Source: Candidatus Bathyarchaeia archaeon (GTDB lineage Archaea; Thermoproteota; Bathyarchaeia; Bathyarchaeales; Bathycorpusculaceae). Taken from it: a stretch of 64,000 bases of DNA. A program made the position numbers and the translations under genes. Shown here in pieces: positions 29,766-39,294 of this stretch (its first letter is position 1; every line of letters begins with the position of its first letter). A model generated the notes under the pieces. That model made no database searches. It saw nothing but the letters and a program-made list of their open reading frames with translations, and was not told the DNA's origin. Location of the stretch: NCBI GenBank assembly GCA_049512935.1, contig JBEKWR010000008.1, positions 1 through 64,000 of the forward strand. The letters are read 5' to 3'.

Positions 29766-30668
29766 CTACGGGATTTCATCCATCCACGTTGGAAAAATGT
29801 AGCCCGTGTACAACACGTTCGGCAGTACAGCCTGCACCGTCGGCTCGTTTTCTAAGCTTTCCCGAAGGTCACGGAGCTCTTTCGCGGTGGGCGTCCACGC
29901 CATGAAAAGGTAGCTGTTTGGTATGTTGCTGAATCCCCAGTAGAAGATTACGTTCGGGCAGTGTTTTTGCCAGATAGCGTTGACGGCGTTGGGGTCAGCT
30001 TCGGGTTTCAGTTGAAGGAGAAAGGTGCCTATTATGTCGTTAGAAGCGTCAGGGTACCAATCCATCGACAACGAAATGAGGTAGTTCTTGATCATTCGGT
30101 TGAGCCTCCGCCGAACCGTTTTAGCTGATACGCCGAGTTCTTCAGCAATTTCCGACGTGGGCTTGCGTGAATTATCCTTCAGTGAACGAACGATTTTGTA
30201 GTCAAGCTCGCAAAGGCTCGTTTCGGGGTTAGCAATAAACTTCATGTAAGGTGGTATAGGCGAAACCGTTATGCCAACCGTGGGCTCAGGCATCTGAGCT
30301 GCCTCTTTGACGAAGCGGACCAGCCCATCCAATTCGCCGATGCTTTTCAGGTAAGCGCCGATATACAGGATGTTGCCGCCGCCTACTGCCAACCAGTAGA
30401 TGGAGCCGTTTTTTTCCAGTTTCGGGTTTAAGCCGCGGATCAAATTAGCCTTGGAAGCCCCGAAAACAAGAACGTGAATGCCGCCTTTGGCGACTGGGCT
30501 GAGTTTAGCGGTGAATTTGCGTATGACGCCCATCTGGATTAAGGTTTGAATGCGGTTGTGGACGGCGGTGACGGAGAGGTTCAGCTTTTCTCCGAGTTCA
30601 CGGTAAGAAAGTCTGGAATTTGAAAGCAGCAGCTGGCACAGAATCACATCCGTCTTGTCCAAGGTCAC
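29766..30668 (-). CDS. Lrp/AsnC regulator with tandem duplicated HTH units
   Basis: LDKTD...NSRLSY.ELG and LCELD...NSRKP..EIAEELGVS, two AsnC HTHs. Confidence 0.88.
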   Translation of the reverse strand: MTLDKTDVILCQLLLSNSRLSYRELGEKLNLSVTAVHNRIQTLIQMGVIRKFTAKLSPVAKGGIHVLVFGASKANLIRGLNPKLEKNGSIYWLAVGGGNILYIGAYLKSIGELDGLVRFVKEAAQMPEPTVGITVSPIPPYMKFIANPETSLCELDYKIVRSLKDNSRKPTSEIAEELGVSAKTVRRRLNRMIKNYLISLSMDWYPDASNDIIGTFLLQLKPEADPNAVNAIWQKHCPNVIFYWGFSNIPNSYLFMAWTPTAKELRDLRESLENEPTVQAVLPNVLYTGYIFPTWMDEIP

Positions 30669-30880
30669 ACCATACTCCGCTTCTATATCGCAGACAGCTT
30701 AAAACTTTTAGCATTGCTTGTTGTAAATGCCGAAAAATTACCCGACTTTCCTTCCCTCTCGGTTTCTGATGAATATTCTAGTGAAAGCACCAAAGCTTTG
30801 AAACAGGCATAACAAAAAATAGAATTAAATAAGCTGGCAGACCATGGGTTAATAGCTGAGTTTGAGGGGAGCCGCCGAAG

Positions 30881-32575
30881 TTGAAGCACAAAAAAGCCGT
30901 CTTAGCCGTGTTGCTTGTGGCTATCGTGGTTGTAGCCTTTTTTGTAGCTTACAACTTGGATACCCCAGCAAAGCAAACGGAGGCGGCGTCCAAGCCTTTC
31001 TACCTTGGGATTGAAACAGGGTGGAACGCCAACGTCAGCCAATGCGAAGCGTCGATTGATCAAGTTAAGGGTTACACCAACCTTTACATCATCGCCTCGC
31101 CGCTTATCCTGCGCAACGAAACGATGCTTAACGAGGTCTGCGACTACGCCTACAACGCGGGCATGTACATTATGCCAGCTTGGTACCAAGACCTCTTCAA
31201 CACAAGCCTCGGTTACGCTCCAGCCTCGTGGTTCACAACGGCGAAGGAACGGTACGGCGACAAGCTGCTGGGAATTTACTTTTATGATGAGCCGGGAGGA
31301 AGTCAGCTGGACGAAACCATTAACTTCACGTCGAATAACGCTTACAACGAAACAAGCCAGCCCATCAGCTACCAAGACTACGCTAACTGGTACTTCCAAA
31401 TATGGACACAGGGTAACGGCGTGCCAGTTGCAGCCAACTTGACGCGAAGCCTTGGCCCTTCACTGTTCACTTCAGACTACGCCCTGTACTGGTTCGACTA
31501 CCAGCTCGGGTACGACACGGTGCTTGCCGAGCTCGGCTGGAACAACAGCAGACCGTTGCAGGTTAGCTTGGTGAGGGGCGCGGCGGAAGCCCAGAACAAG
31601 AGTTGGGGAGCCATCATAACATGGACGTACGATCAGGCACCCTACCTGGAGACGCCGTCTCAGTTGTACAATGACATGGTTTTGGCTTACAATTCAGGCG
31701 CGTCGTACATAGCCATCTACGACTCGTCCAAAAACTACGTAAACACAACGTTGACAAACCCAGAATACTTTACCAAGCTGAAAGAGTTCTGGAGTTACGT
31801 GCAACAGAACCCCGAGAAGCAAGGCAACCTCAAAGCAAACGTTGCAGTTGTCCTTCCGCAGGATTACGGATTCGGGTTCCGCAACGAAAACGATTCAGTC
31901 TGGCAATACCACGCCGCAACAGCTTGGACCCAGCAACTGTACAACGACGTCACAAACCTCCTGACGCAATACAAGTCAGGCTTAAACATCGTTTACAGCG
32001 ACCCCCAGTTCCAAGGCGCCATCAAAAGCGAATACAGTAAAATTCTCTATTGGCCGCAGGACTTCGAAAAAGGCGTAAGCTACCCGGTCACGGACTTAAA
32101 CGACAGCTTAGGGTACAGCACCATTCAAGACGCGGTGTCCTCGTTTGCAACTTATGAGGGTGACACCATCCTAGTCGACTCTGGAACGTATCAGGGAAAC
32201 ATAAACGTAAACAAAACCGTCTCTTTAACCAGCCAAAGCAGTGGCACCACTACAATAGAAGGCGTTGGCAATGGGACAGCTTTAACGATTGCCGCTGACA
32301 ACGTGGCTGTAACGGGCTTCACCGTCAAAAACGCTGATTACCCCGCTTCAACGGTGGGAACTGGGATTTTGCTTGAAAATGCCCATGGCTGCACAGTAAC
32401 AGATAACGTTGTCGCTGGCAATTACATAGGAGTTCTTCTTAACAGTTCAACCTCTAACGTTTTTAGAGGCAACCAAATCAACGGCAACACGTACAACCTG
32501 ATACTTCAAAACTCGTCGCCAAACAGCATCGACAGCTCAAACACGGTCGGCGGTAAACCCTATACCGCAGGATAA
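30881..32575 (+). CDS. Secreted protein: aromatic-rich TIM-barrel-like domain plus C-terminal NosD/beta-helix
   Basis: Signal anchor, YFYDEPGG, FTSDYALYWFDY..GYD, WGAIITW, then YSTIQDAV..GDTILV..GTY. Confidence 0.75.
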   Translation: MKHKKAVLAVLLVAIVVVAFFVAYNLDTPAKQTEAASKPFYLGIETGWNANVSQCEASIDQVKGYTNLYIIASPLILRNETMLNEVCDYAYNAGMYIMPAWYQDLFNTSLGYAPASWFTTAKERYGDKLLGIYFYDEPGGSQLDETINFTSNNAYNETSQPISYQDYANWYFQIWTQGNGVPVAANLTRSLGPSLFTSDYALYWFDYQLGYDTVLAELGWNNSRPLQVSLVRGAAEAQNKSWGAIITWTYDQAPYLETPSQLYNDMVLAYNSGASYIAIYDSSKNYVNTTLTNPEYFTKLKEFWSYVQQNPEKQGNLKANVAVVLPQDYGFGFRNENDSVWQYHAATAWTQQLYNDVTNLLTQYKSGLNIVYSDPQFQGAIKSEYSKILYWPQDFEKGVSYPVTDLNDSLGYSTIQDAVSSFATYEGDTILVDSGTYQGNINVNKTVSLTSQSSGTTTIEGVGNGTALTIAADNVAVTGFTVKNADYPASTVGTGILLENAHGCTVTDNVVAGNYIGVLLNSSTSNVFRGNQINGNTYNLILQNSSPNSIDSSNTVGGKPYTAG

Positions 32576-32708
32576 ACACGTCACAACCAAGCATCTCCAA
32601 ATTCGGTTTGGCTAACCCCTTTGTTTCCCTTAGAAGCGGTTGTTGTAGGCACTATACAGTCACAACTTCTAAAGAACACAGACATGCCTCATTGATTGAG
32701 GAAAAACT

Positions 32709-33287
32709 TTGAAAATTGCAATCATCGGAAAAGGCAACGTTGGCACCGCGTTGGGCAAAGGCTTAGCGGGCAAACATGAAGTGAAATTTGGTCACCGAGA
32801 CCCAGCCGAACCCGTTGCTCAAGCCGCAAAATGGGGAGAAATAATAATCCTTGCAGTACCTCACGAAAATGCTGACGACGCGGTCAAAGAGATCAAGCCT
32901 TACGCTGACGGGAAAATCGTCATCGACGTCACAAACGCCATAGGAGAAAACATGGAGCTAGCAATAAGCTGCAACACCTCAACGGCGGAAGAAACCCAGA
33001 AGAAACTGCCCAAAGCCCGCGTGGTCAAGGCTTTCAACACCGTTTTCGCCGCCAACCAAAGCACTGGCAAAGTAGGCAGCGAAAAATTAACGGCTTTCAT
33101 CGCGGGCGATGACTCGAAAGCTAAGCAGACCGTCGCTCAGTTAACACGGGACCTCGGGTTTGACCCTGTAGACTGCGGACCATTAATGGCTGCACGGTAC
33201 CTTGACGCCATAGGAATACTGATAATCAACTTGGCCTTCAAGCACGGGATGGGCCCAAAAATTGGTTACAGACTTGTCAGAGGATAA
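32709..33287 (+). CDS. NADPH-dependent F420 reductase family oxidoreductase
   Basis: KIAIIGKGNVG, LAVP, IDVTN, VVKAFNT, AGD. Confidence 0.9.
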   Translation: MKIAIIGKGNVGTALGKGLAGKHEVKFGHRDPAEPVAQAAKWGEIIILAVPHENADDAVKEIKPYADGKIVIDVTNAIGENMELAISCNTSTAEETQKKLPKARVVKAFNTVFAANQSTGKVGSEKLTAFIAGDDSKAKQTVAQLTRDLGFDPVDCGPLMAARYLDAIGILIINLAFKHGMGPKIGYRLVRG

Positions 33288-33442
33288 ACTTTTGCGTTTG
33301 CACACTTAACGAAGAATCCAATACCTATTAAGCTTAATTAATGGCGAGCAGAGGGTTGGTTTCCCTTCCTCAGTAAAAGGTCATCTACCGTCTTGAACTT
33401 AAGTGAGGCTTTTAAGGCGAAAAACCACTCTGACGCAAATGC

Positions 33443-33467
33443 TAGTGCAGGAGGTGGGATTTGAACC
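33443..33467 (-). other. tRNA(Leu)-like 3'-end fragment (putative att-site relic)
   Basis: Minus strand reads GGTTCAAATCCCACCTCCTGCACTA (T-loop plus acceptor 3' strand); no 5' part upstream. Confidence 0.6.
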
Positions 33468-33833
33468 TCCCAATGCGTGGAGATGTCACCCACGTTCCCC
33501 CTTTTTTATTGAACATTTCGAGTTTTTCAAGCGCTTGGTTTGATTTTTAGTTTATACTTAGTGGCTTGTCATCGTCACTTAAAATAGCATTTAAGATTTT
33601 CTCTGACTATAACCAGCGTCTAACATCATAAACCCATGAATTATCTGCGCAAGCATTAATCCAATATAAGTTTGGTCAAAATGGTCATAGTAGAAATTCA
33701 AAGTTAACTCGCATAAAGAACCTATTGTGGACCCTGTCTGTTGAAGACTTTGACCTTTCACGTATTTGTGTGAAACCAAGTTAACCATTAAATATATCTA
33801 ACAACTTTGTTTCTCCTATCTGAAGATGTAAAA

Positions 33834-34688
33834 ATGAAAGAATTTGAGAAAATTAGCCCAACTGCTAAACTTGTAGCTTATTCAAGAACGTTTACTGACA
33901 TTCCCTTTGCTAAAGAGATTGCAATTAAAAGTAACGCTAAACAATCCTTCGAAGAACAGACTGGGGATATTCGAGGTTCTCCTATCTGGGAAGCACGATA
34001 TAAAGTCACTGATAAAATAATCAAAGAACATGGCATAACTCAAGTTTTAGAGATTGCCGCTGGACTGTCTCCTCGTGGTTTATCGATGACAAGAAATTCC
34101 GATGTCGTATATGTAGCAACTGATTTGCCTCAAATTCTGGAAGAAGAAAAGGAAATTGCTCAGTCAATTCTTGCTCAGTCAAATGAATCACGTCCGAATC
34201 TCCACTTTCAAGCAGTAAATGCTCTTGACATGGAGAGTTTATCGAAGGCTGTTAATTTTTTCAAAAAAGACAAATCTCTTGCAGTTATCACTGAAGGACT
34301 TTTACCGTATTTTTCAATGGAAGAAAAACAAACCTTAGCTAAAAACATCCATAAAATATTCAGTGAATATTCTGGCTGTTGGATTACTAACGAGGTTTAT
34401 AGCAAGGACGCACTAAAAAAAATTAGCCAATCAGCAGATGATTTTACTAAAAATCGTATGAAACAGGACCAGTACAACATTCTCTCTGGACAAAATGTTT
34501 TCTCCGATGATGATGAAATAAAAAGATTTTTTGAAAAAGAAGGTTTTAAAATTGAGAAATATCCTCATTCAAAAATCTTCGGAGACTTAACGTCGGTAAA
34601 AAACTTGGGTCTTAGTGAACAAGAGATAGTAAAAGTAAAGCAACTTCTGGATATTAAAGATACACTGATTTTAACGCCATCTTACTGA
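33834..34688 (+). CDS. Class I SAM-dependent methyltransferase (LCM/O-methyltransferase-like), AT-rich
   Basis: ISPTAKLVAY.R, EARY, VLEIAAGLSPRG, TDLP, ITEGLLPY. Confidence 0.85.
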   Translation: MKEFEKISPTAKLVAYSRTFTDIPFAKEIAIKSNAKQSFEEQTGDIRGSPIWEARYKVTDKIIKEHGITQVLEIAAGLSPRGLSMTRNSDVVYVATDLPQILEEEKEIAQSILAQSNESRPNLHFQAVNALDMESLSKAVNFFKKDKSLAVITEGLLPYFSMEEKQTLAKNIHKIFSEYSGCWITNEVYSKDALKKISQSADDFTKNRMKQDQYNILSGQNVFSDDDEIKRFFEKEGFKIEKYPHSKIFGDLTSVKNLGLSEQEIVKVKQLLDIKDTLILTPSY

Positions 34689-35408
34689 TATTATGTTAAC
34701 GGAATAAAGGGAATTAACACATTTAAACTGTTTTCAGAAGTCCTGCGTAAGACCATGGACATGCGGTTCTGTCAACATGTCTTCCACTTCATCTTGAGAC
34801 CTCTTTACAAGAAATGAAAGTAGTTTTTGGTCCTAATTAAAGAGTTTTTGATGGTCCGGGACAAACTCCCTGCAATTTACGGATCAGGGTTCCTTTGAAC
34901 CGCCTAAGCTGTGGAGTTATCGCCCTCATTTCCCTTTTTTTATTACGGTTAACGCTTGGTTCATCAGCCTTGTTCATTAGCCAGAATCAATAAAGTTTTT
35001 ATTTTTCCGCTAAATATTCCTCATTAGGCATGAAGAACCAAAAGAAGAACCGCAAAGTGAGACGCAAAGAAATCTTGGCCGAAATTCTATCTCAGCAAAG
35101 TCCATAGCGGTTAGTAAAATATTGAATCCTTAGAAGAAAAACATGCGCCTTAGGTTCTGGCAAAGGCGGCACTTAGTTGATGTGCCAAATTTTATAACTC
35201 CACACACGAACTTCATTGGTGGTCGTTTCGCTTTCAAAAACTGTTATTTTTGGGTATACAACTGAACCTTCTTGTTCTTTCAATTTTACAATTCCATTAT
35301 AGAATTGAGGATCTTCGCTTTTTGCCGCCAGCAGTTCCCAGTTCAGTTATGAGTTTTCCGAGTGACTTTGTCCCGCTTACTGGTGGGTGGGCTGGTTTTC
35401 TGGGGTAG

Positions 35409-35798
35409 TTATTTTATGAATAGTACGCCTTTAAGTTTTTTGAAATGCTCATCGCCTGTGACAACATCTGCTTTTTTGATCACTCCCGTTGCGTAGACCA
35501 CAGAGTCCGCAAGTCCCCACCCATCGATTTCCTTTTTCATTTTACATTGCGTTTTCGCTGCTTCAACTGCTATTAATTCGTCCAGCTGAGCCAGGGAGCT
35601 TTTTTCTTTAATGAATGTTCTTTGCTTTTCGGCGTGTTCTTTCCCTTCCACTTTTAGGGTTTTCTCGTAGACTTCGGCTAGGCATATTGTAGGAGTTATT
35701 TTTTCTTCGGAGCTTTCAATTAGGGGTTTGGCTTTTTCGCCTGCTTCTGTTCCCATGAAGTACGCTAACCATGCATAGGAGTCGATGACGTATTTCAT
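35409..35798 (-). CDS. vapC: VapC PIN-domain toxin
   Basis: YVIDSYAW, LAEV, LADS and TGDEHF acidic quartet. Confidence 0.9.
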   Translation of the reverse strand: MKYVIDSYAWLAYFMGTEAGEKAKPLIESSEEKITPTICLAEVYEKTLKVEGKEHAEKQRTFIKEKSSLAQLDELIAVEAAKTQCKMKKEIDGWGLADSVVYATGVIKKADVVTGDEHFKKLKGVLFIK

Positions 35799-35989
35799 AG
35801 GCAGCGATCCTTATGATCTCTGACGTCTGTGAGGTCTGCCTCTTTCATGGTGCCAAACATGCTTTCTGTCTTTGAAAAGTATTCGATGAGAATTTTGTTT
35901 ATTTGGCTTGAAATGTTTCGGGCGCCTGCCTTCTCTTTCAAAGTTTGGTAGACGTCATCCCGCAAGGTTATAGTGGTTTTCTTCGCCAT
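35795..35989 (-). CDS. vapB: VapB-type antitoxin (RHH-like)
   Basis: KKTTITLRDDVY..LK, 4-bp overlap upstream of vapC. Confidence 0.8.
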   Translation of the reverse strand: MAKKTTITLRDDVYQTLKEKAGARNISSQINKILIEYFSKTESMFGTMKEADLTDVRDHKDRCL

Positions 35990-36091
35990 AAACATAACCG
36001 TAAATATCTATGTCTAAGCCTTCTTTTAAGGTTGCTGAAGTAGAAAAACAAAACCCAAGCAAAACCGAACCTGCCGCCGAATAAGCCGCCG

Positions 36092-36266
36092 CGCCCATAA
36101 CCGACAATAACTTTAACATGGCGTCAACATTGAAAGTCGCAACCCGCCCATAGCAAAGTCGCAACGTTCAAGCAGAAGCCAAGCCTAAACCAAAAAAGCA
36201 ACATAAAACGCAAAGAGCCACGGCGGAAAGTCGCAACTTATCCGTAGCAAAAGTCGCAACTTAAAT
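36092..36266 (+). repeat. Dispersed repeat family A, copy 2
   Basis: AAAGTCGCAAC at 36133, 36155, 36227, 36250. Similarity to copy 3 extends upstream to about 36042. Confidence 0.95.
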
Positions 36267-36424
36267 TTTTACGGAAAAAACCAACATCACAGCAAACAGC
36301 CGACAAACCAGCAAAAAAGAGCAATTCCACGAAAAAAGCCTGAGGTCTCCATGTTTCAGGGGAAAAGTTTAAGGGTTAACGTTAGTTATGATTTCGCGTA
36401 TTCCTAATCTTTGAGGTTTATAGT

Positions 36425-36982
36425 TTGACCACTAAACTTGAATCCATAGAAGAACGCAAGGCAGAAGTCCTGATAAAACTTCGAAAATACAAGCTTATTG
36501 AAAAAGAAACAGGAAAGTATGAAGGCGCATTATCCTACATAGTTGATATTCCTCAGGACAAAGAAAAAGCCCTAATCTGGTGCATCTTGGGCGAAGCAAC
36601 CGTCGGCATAGCCGCAATGAACACCCTGTACAAAGTGATGAAGGAAAAAGAAATTGACCGCGCAATAGTCGTCACCGAAGGACGTTACACACATGCGGTG
36701 AAACTTGGCGCAAAAAAGAAACAGGTCGAACTGCTCCCAAAGTCTTTCCCAGTCTTCGACATTTTCGAGCACGCGCTTGTGCCACTACATGAAATCCTAA
36801 GCGAAAAAGAAAAAGCCCAGCTTCTCGCCCAATACAGGGTTCAACCTTACCAGATGCCGCAGATAAAGTCAGGCGACCCAGCAGTGAAAGCCATAGGTGC
36901 GAAACCTGGTGACGTGCTGAAAATCACGAGGAAAAGCACAACGGCAGGCGAGCACATAACCTACAGATACGTAGTTGAGTAA
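36425..36982 (+). CDS. rpoH: RNA polymerase subunit Rpo5/RpoH with RPB5-like N-terminal domain
   Basis: C-terminal [16 protein letters not shown]....QMPQI...DP.....[26 protein letters not shown], plus about 105 extra N-terminal aa. Confidence 0.95.
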   Translation: MTTKLESIEERKAEVLIKLRKYKLIEKETGKYEGALSYIVDIPQDKEKALIWCILGEATVGIAAMNTLYKVMKEKEIDRAIVVTEGRYTHAVKLGAKKKQVELLPKSFPVFDIFEHALVPLHEILSEKEKAQLLAQYRVQPYQMPQIKSGDPAVKAIGAKPGDVLKITRKSTTAGEHITYRYVVE

Positions 36983-36997
36983 AAAAACGGGTGGGCA

Positions 36998-37018
36998 ATA
37001 GTCTATTTTTTAGACTAT
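36998..37018. terminator. Perfect hairpin between convergent rpoH and modE
   Basis: ATAGTCTA-TTTTT-TAGACTAT. Confidence 0.5.
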
Positions 37019-37091
37019 ACCAAAATGAAATTTGATGAATGCCCGTTTGGCTTGAAAAGAAAGAGCGGTTTTTTCAAGAAAAAAAAAGAAA

Positions 37092-37649
37092 TTACTTGGC
37101 AATTATTACTTCTGTTGACTTCATGATGGCTTCTACCTCGTCGCCTACCTTAATATCCAAGTCTTCAACTGCCTCTTTCGTTATAACTGCAGTGATAGTC
37201 ACGGGCATTTTCACTTCAACCTTCACTTTTGCTGTAATAACTCCCTTTTCGACAGCAACAACTTTTCCTTTAAAACGGTTCCTCGCACTTAACTTCAAAG
37301 CTTTCACCTCCAAGCCTCCCGGATTAGCCAAAACCCTACCAAAATAGCTCTCAGCCTGCTTGTACTCTGCCAGCAGGTTTCTTGCCAGATCCGTTAGCTT
37401 TGCTCCGCCGCCTCCAGTTTTGCCGCCCTTGTAGGTTTCAACTATGGGCTGGTCAAGCGTCTGCTGAATGTCATGAAGGTAATTCCACACGTAACGGTAG
37501 GACATGCCTAAGCTTACCGCGGCTTTAGAAATGCTGTTTTCTTTGTCGACGGCTTCCAGAATTTCCGCTCCGCCTTTGCCAATTAACGGTTTGTCTTGGT
37601 ATTCGAGCCACACTTTGCATGAGAGCTTATGTTTCTTGTTAGAAAGCAT
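37092..37649 (-). CDS. modE: ModE-family Mo/W-responsive regulator (HTH plus TOBE)
   Basis: SISKAA..LGMSYR..W, GGKTGGGAKLT, KLSARN.F.G.V, AVITKEAVEDL, KSTEV. Confidence 0.92.
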   Translation of the reverse strand: MLSNKKHKLSCKVWLEYQDKPLIGKGGAEILEAVDKENSISKAAVSLGMSYRYVWNYLHDIQQTLDQPIVETYKGGKTGGGGAKLTDLARNLLAEYKQAESYFGRVLANPGGLEVKALKLSARNRFKGKVVAVEKGVITAKVKVEVKMPVTITAVITKEAVEDLDIKVGDEVEAIMKSTEVIIAK

Positions 37650-37778
37650 TCTAAATATGGTTATGTTGCAAAGTCCATATAAAGCTAATCAATGAAGAAA
37701 TAATCAGTTTTATTAAATTTTTTGCCGCCACCGAGAATCAGAAGCCTCTGAGAAAAATAGCGGTTCCTTCAAGAATCA

Positions 37779-38495
37779 TTAAAACTCCAATTCCCCGTTG
37801 ACGAATTTGCGTGATATTTCACTTTTTGGGTTTTCAAAGAAAGCTTCAGGCGTAGCAACCTCAACTATCTCGCCGTTGTAGATGTGAACTATCTCACCCG
37901 CTATTCTTCTTGCCTGTGAGAGGTTATGAGTCGCCATCAGAATAATGCGTTGGGCACTCTTCTGACCGACTATTGCTTTCTCAATAATAGTTGCGCTGTT
38001 AGGGTCCAAATTGGCTGTTGGCTCATCTAAAAGCAGAACATGAGGTTCAAGCAAGAACGCTCTGGCTAAAGCGATTCTCTGCTGTTCTCCGCCCGAAGTT
38101 TTTTTTGCTCTCCGCTTTTCAAACCCTGAAAGCCTCACTGCTTGCAACGCGTCAGTGACTTTTCTTTTAATCTCGTCTTTTGGCACTTTCCTTATTTTAA
38201 GACCATACGCCAAGTTATCATACACGCTTGTGCTGAACATTGCAGATTTTTGAAAGACCAATGATGAGACCTTGCGTAATGCGCCACAATCGATGTTTTG
38301 ATTGTTAAAGTACAGTTTTCCACTGTCAGCGTTTTCTAAGCCAGCCATAATACGCATAAGCGTTGTTTTGCCTGCGCCGTTAACGCCTAAAAGAACGATT
38401 ATTTTGCCGCCCTGTAGGTCCAGCGACACCGAATGCAACGCTTTCACGGCGCGATAACTCTTTTTGATATCCACTAGCTGAAGATTAACGCTCAC
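37779..38495 (-). CDS. tupC: Tungstate ABC ATPase
   Basis: GVNGAGKTT, SGGEQQRIALARA, LDEPTANLDP, in an operon with tupAB. Confidence 0.85.
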   Translation of the reverse strand: MSVNLQLVDIKKSYRAVKALHSVSLDLQGGKIIVLLGVNGAGKTTLMRIMAGLENADSGKLYFNNQNIDCGALRKVSSLVFQKSAMFSTSVYDNLAYGLKIRKVPKDEIKRKVTDALQAVRLSGFEKRRAKKTSGGEQQRIALARAFLLEPHVLLLDEPTANLDPNSATIIEKAIVGQKSAQRIILMATHNLSQARRIAGEIVHIYNGEIVEVATPEAFFENPKSEISRKFVNGELEF

Positions 38496-38498
38496 GTA

Positions 38499-39245
38499 TT
38501 AACCCCCGCCTAAACCTCTCCACAGTGATAGTTTACCCCATAATCCCTCTTCTTGTCTCAATCGCTCTATGAGGCTGATGGTTAATGCTAAAGCGATTAC
38601 TATTGCCATAAGCAATATAGCGTATGCCATGGCGATGTCGAAGCTTCCGAAGTCTATTTCGGTTGCAATAGCAGTGGTTAAAACTCTTGTTTCTCCCAGC
38701 AGGTTTCCGCCTACGATCGTTGCAATGCCGAGCTCGCCAAAACCTCTGTTAAAAGAGGCGGTTATAGAAAGCACCATTGACCAAACTGTTTCCCGAATAA
38801 GTGTTAGGTTCGTTCTAAACCCTGATGCACCAAGGGTTTTGGCTAAATCTCTCAGTTGAACGTCTGCGGCACCCAGAGCGTTAGCTGTAAAACTTACTAT
38901 AATGGGGGTAACCAGGATGGCTTCGCCGATTGCTATTCCATTAAGGGTGTATAGCAGGTGAAAAGACCCGAATTCGCCTTGTCTATTCAAGAATAAAAAC
39001 AGAAGCAATCCCAAGGCAACTGTCGGTATGCCTATTAACGCGTTGAAGACGCCTTTGATAAACCATTTTCCTCTAAAATTGTACAAGCCTAAAATTACAG
39101 CTATTGGAATACTCCAGATGCATGACAATAATGTTCCTAAGCCTGCAACGTAGATTGATCTGTAGACTGTTGCGTAAACTTCAGGGTTGCCGCTTGCGAT
39201 TAATTTAATGGCTTGCTCAAAGGCTTTTACGATAATATCAGCCAT
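38499..39245 (-). CDS. tupB: Tungstate ABC permease
   Basis: IPTVALGL..F, LLYT..GI.IGE..LVTPII, ELG...IVGGN..GETRVLTTAI. Confidence 0.88.
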   Translation of the reverse strand: MADIIVKAFEQAIKLIASGNPEVYATVYRSIYVAGLGTLLSCIWSIPIAVILGLYNFRGKWFIKGVFNALIGIPTVALGLLLFLFLNRQGEFGSFHLLYTLNGIAIGEAILVTPIIVSFTANALGAADVQLRDLAKTLGASGFRTNLTLIRETVWSMVLSITASFNRGFGELGIATIVGGNLLGETRVLTTAIATEIDFGSFDIAMAYAILLMAIVIALALTISLIERLRQEEGLWGKLSLWRGLGGG

Positions 39246-39294
39246 GCATATCACAAAAGAAATGAGGGGAATTTTATTTGAGCTTTTCCGTGCA

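Noticed and set aside
33327-33338. Perfect palindrome ATTAAGCTTAAT, repeated at 58829-58840
   Set aside because: AT-rich 12-mer with no shared flanks; chance cannot be excluded.
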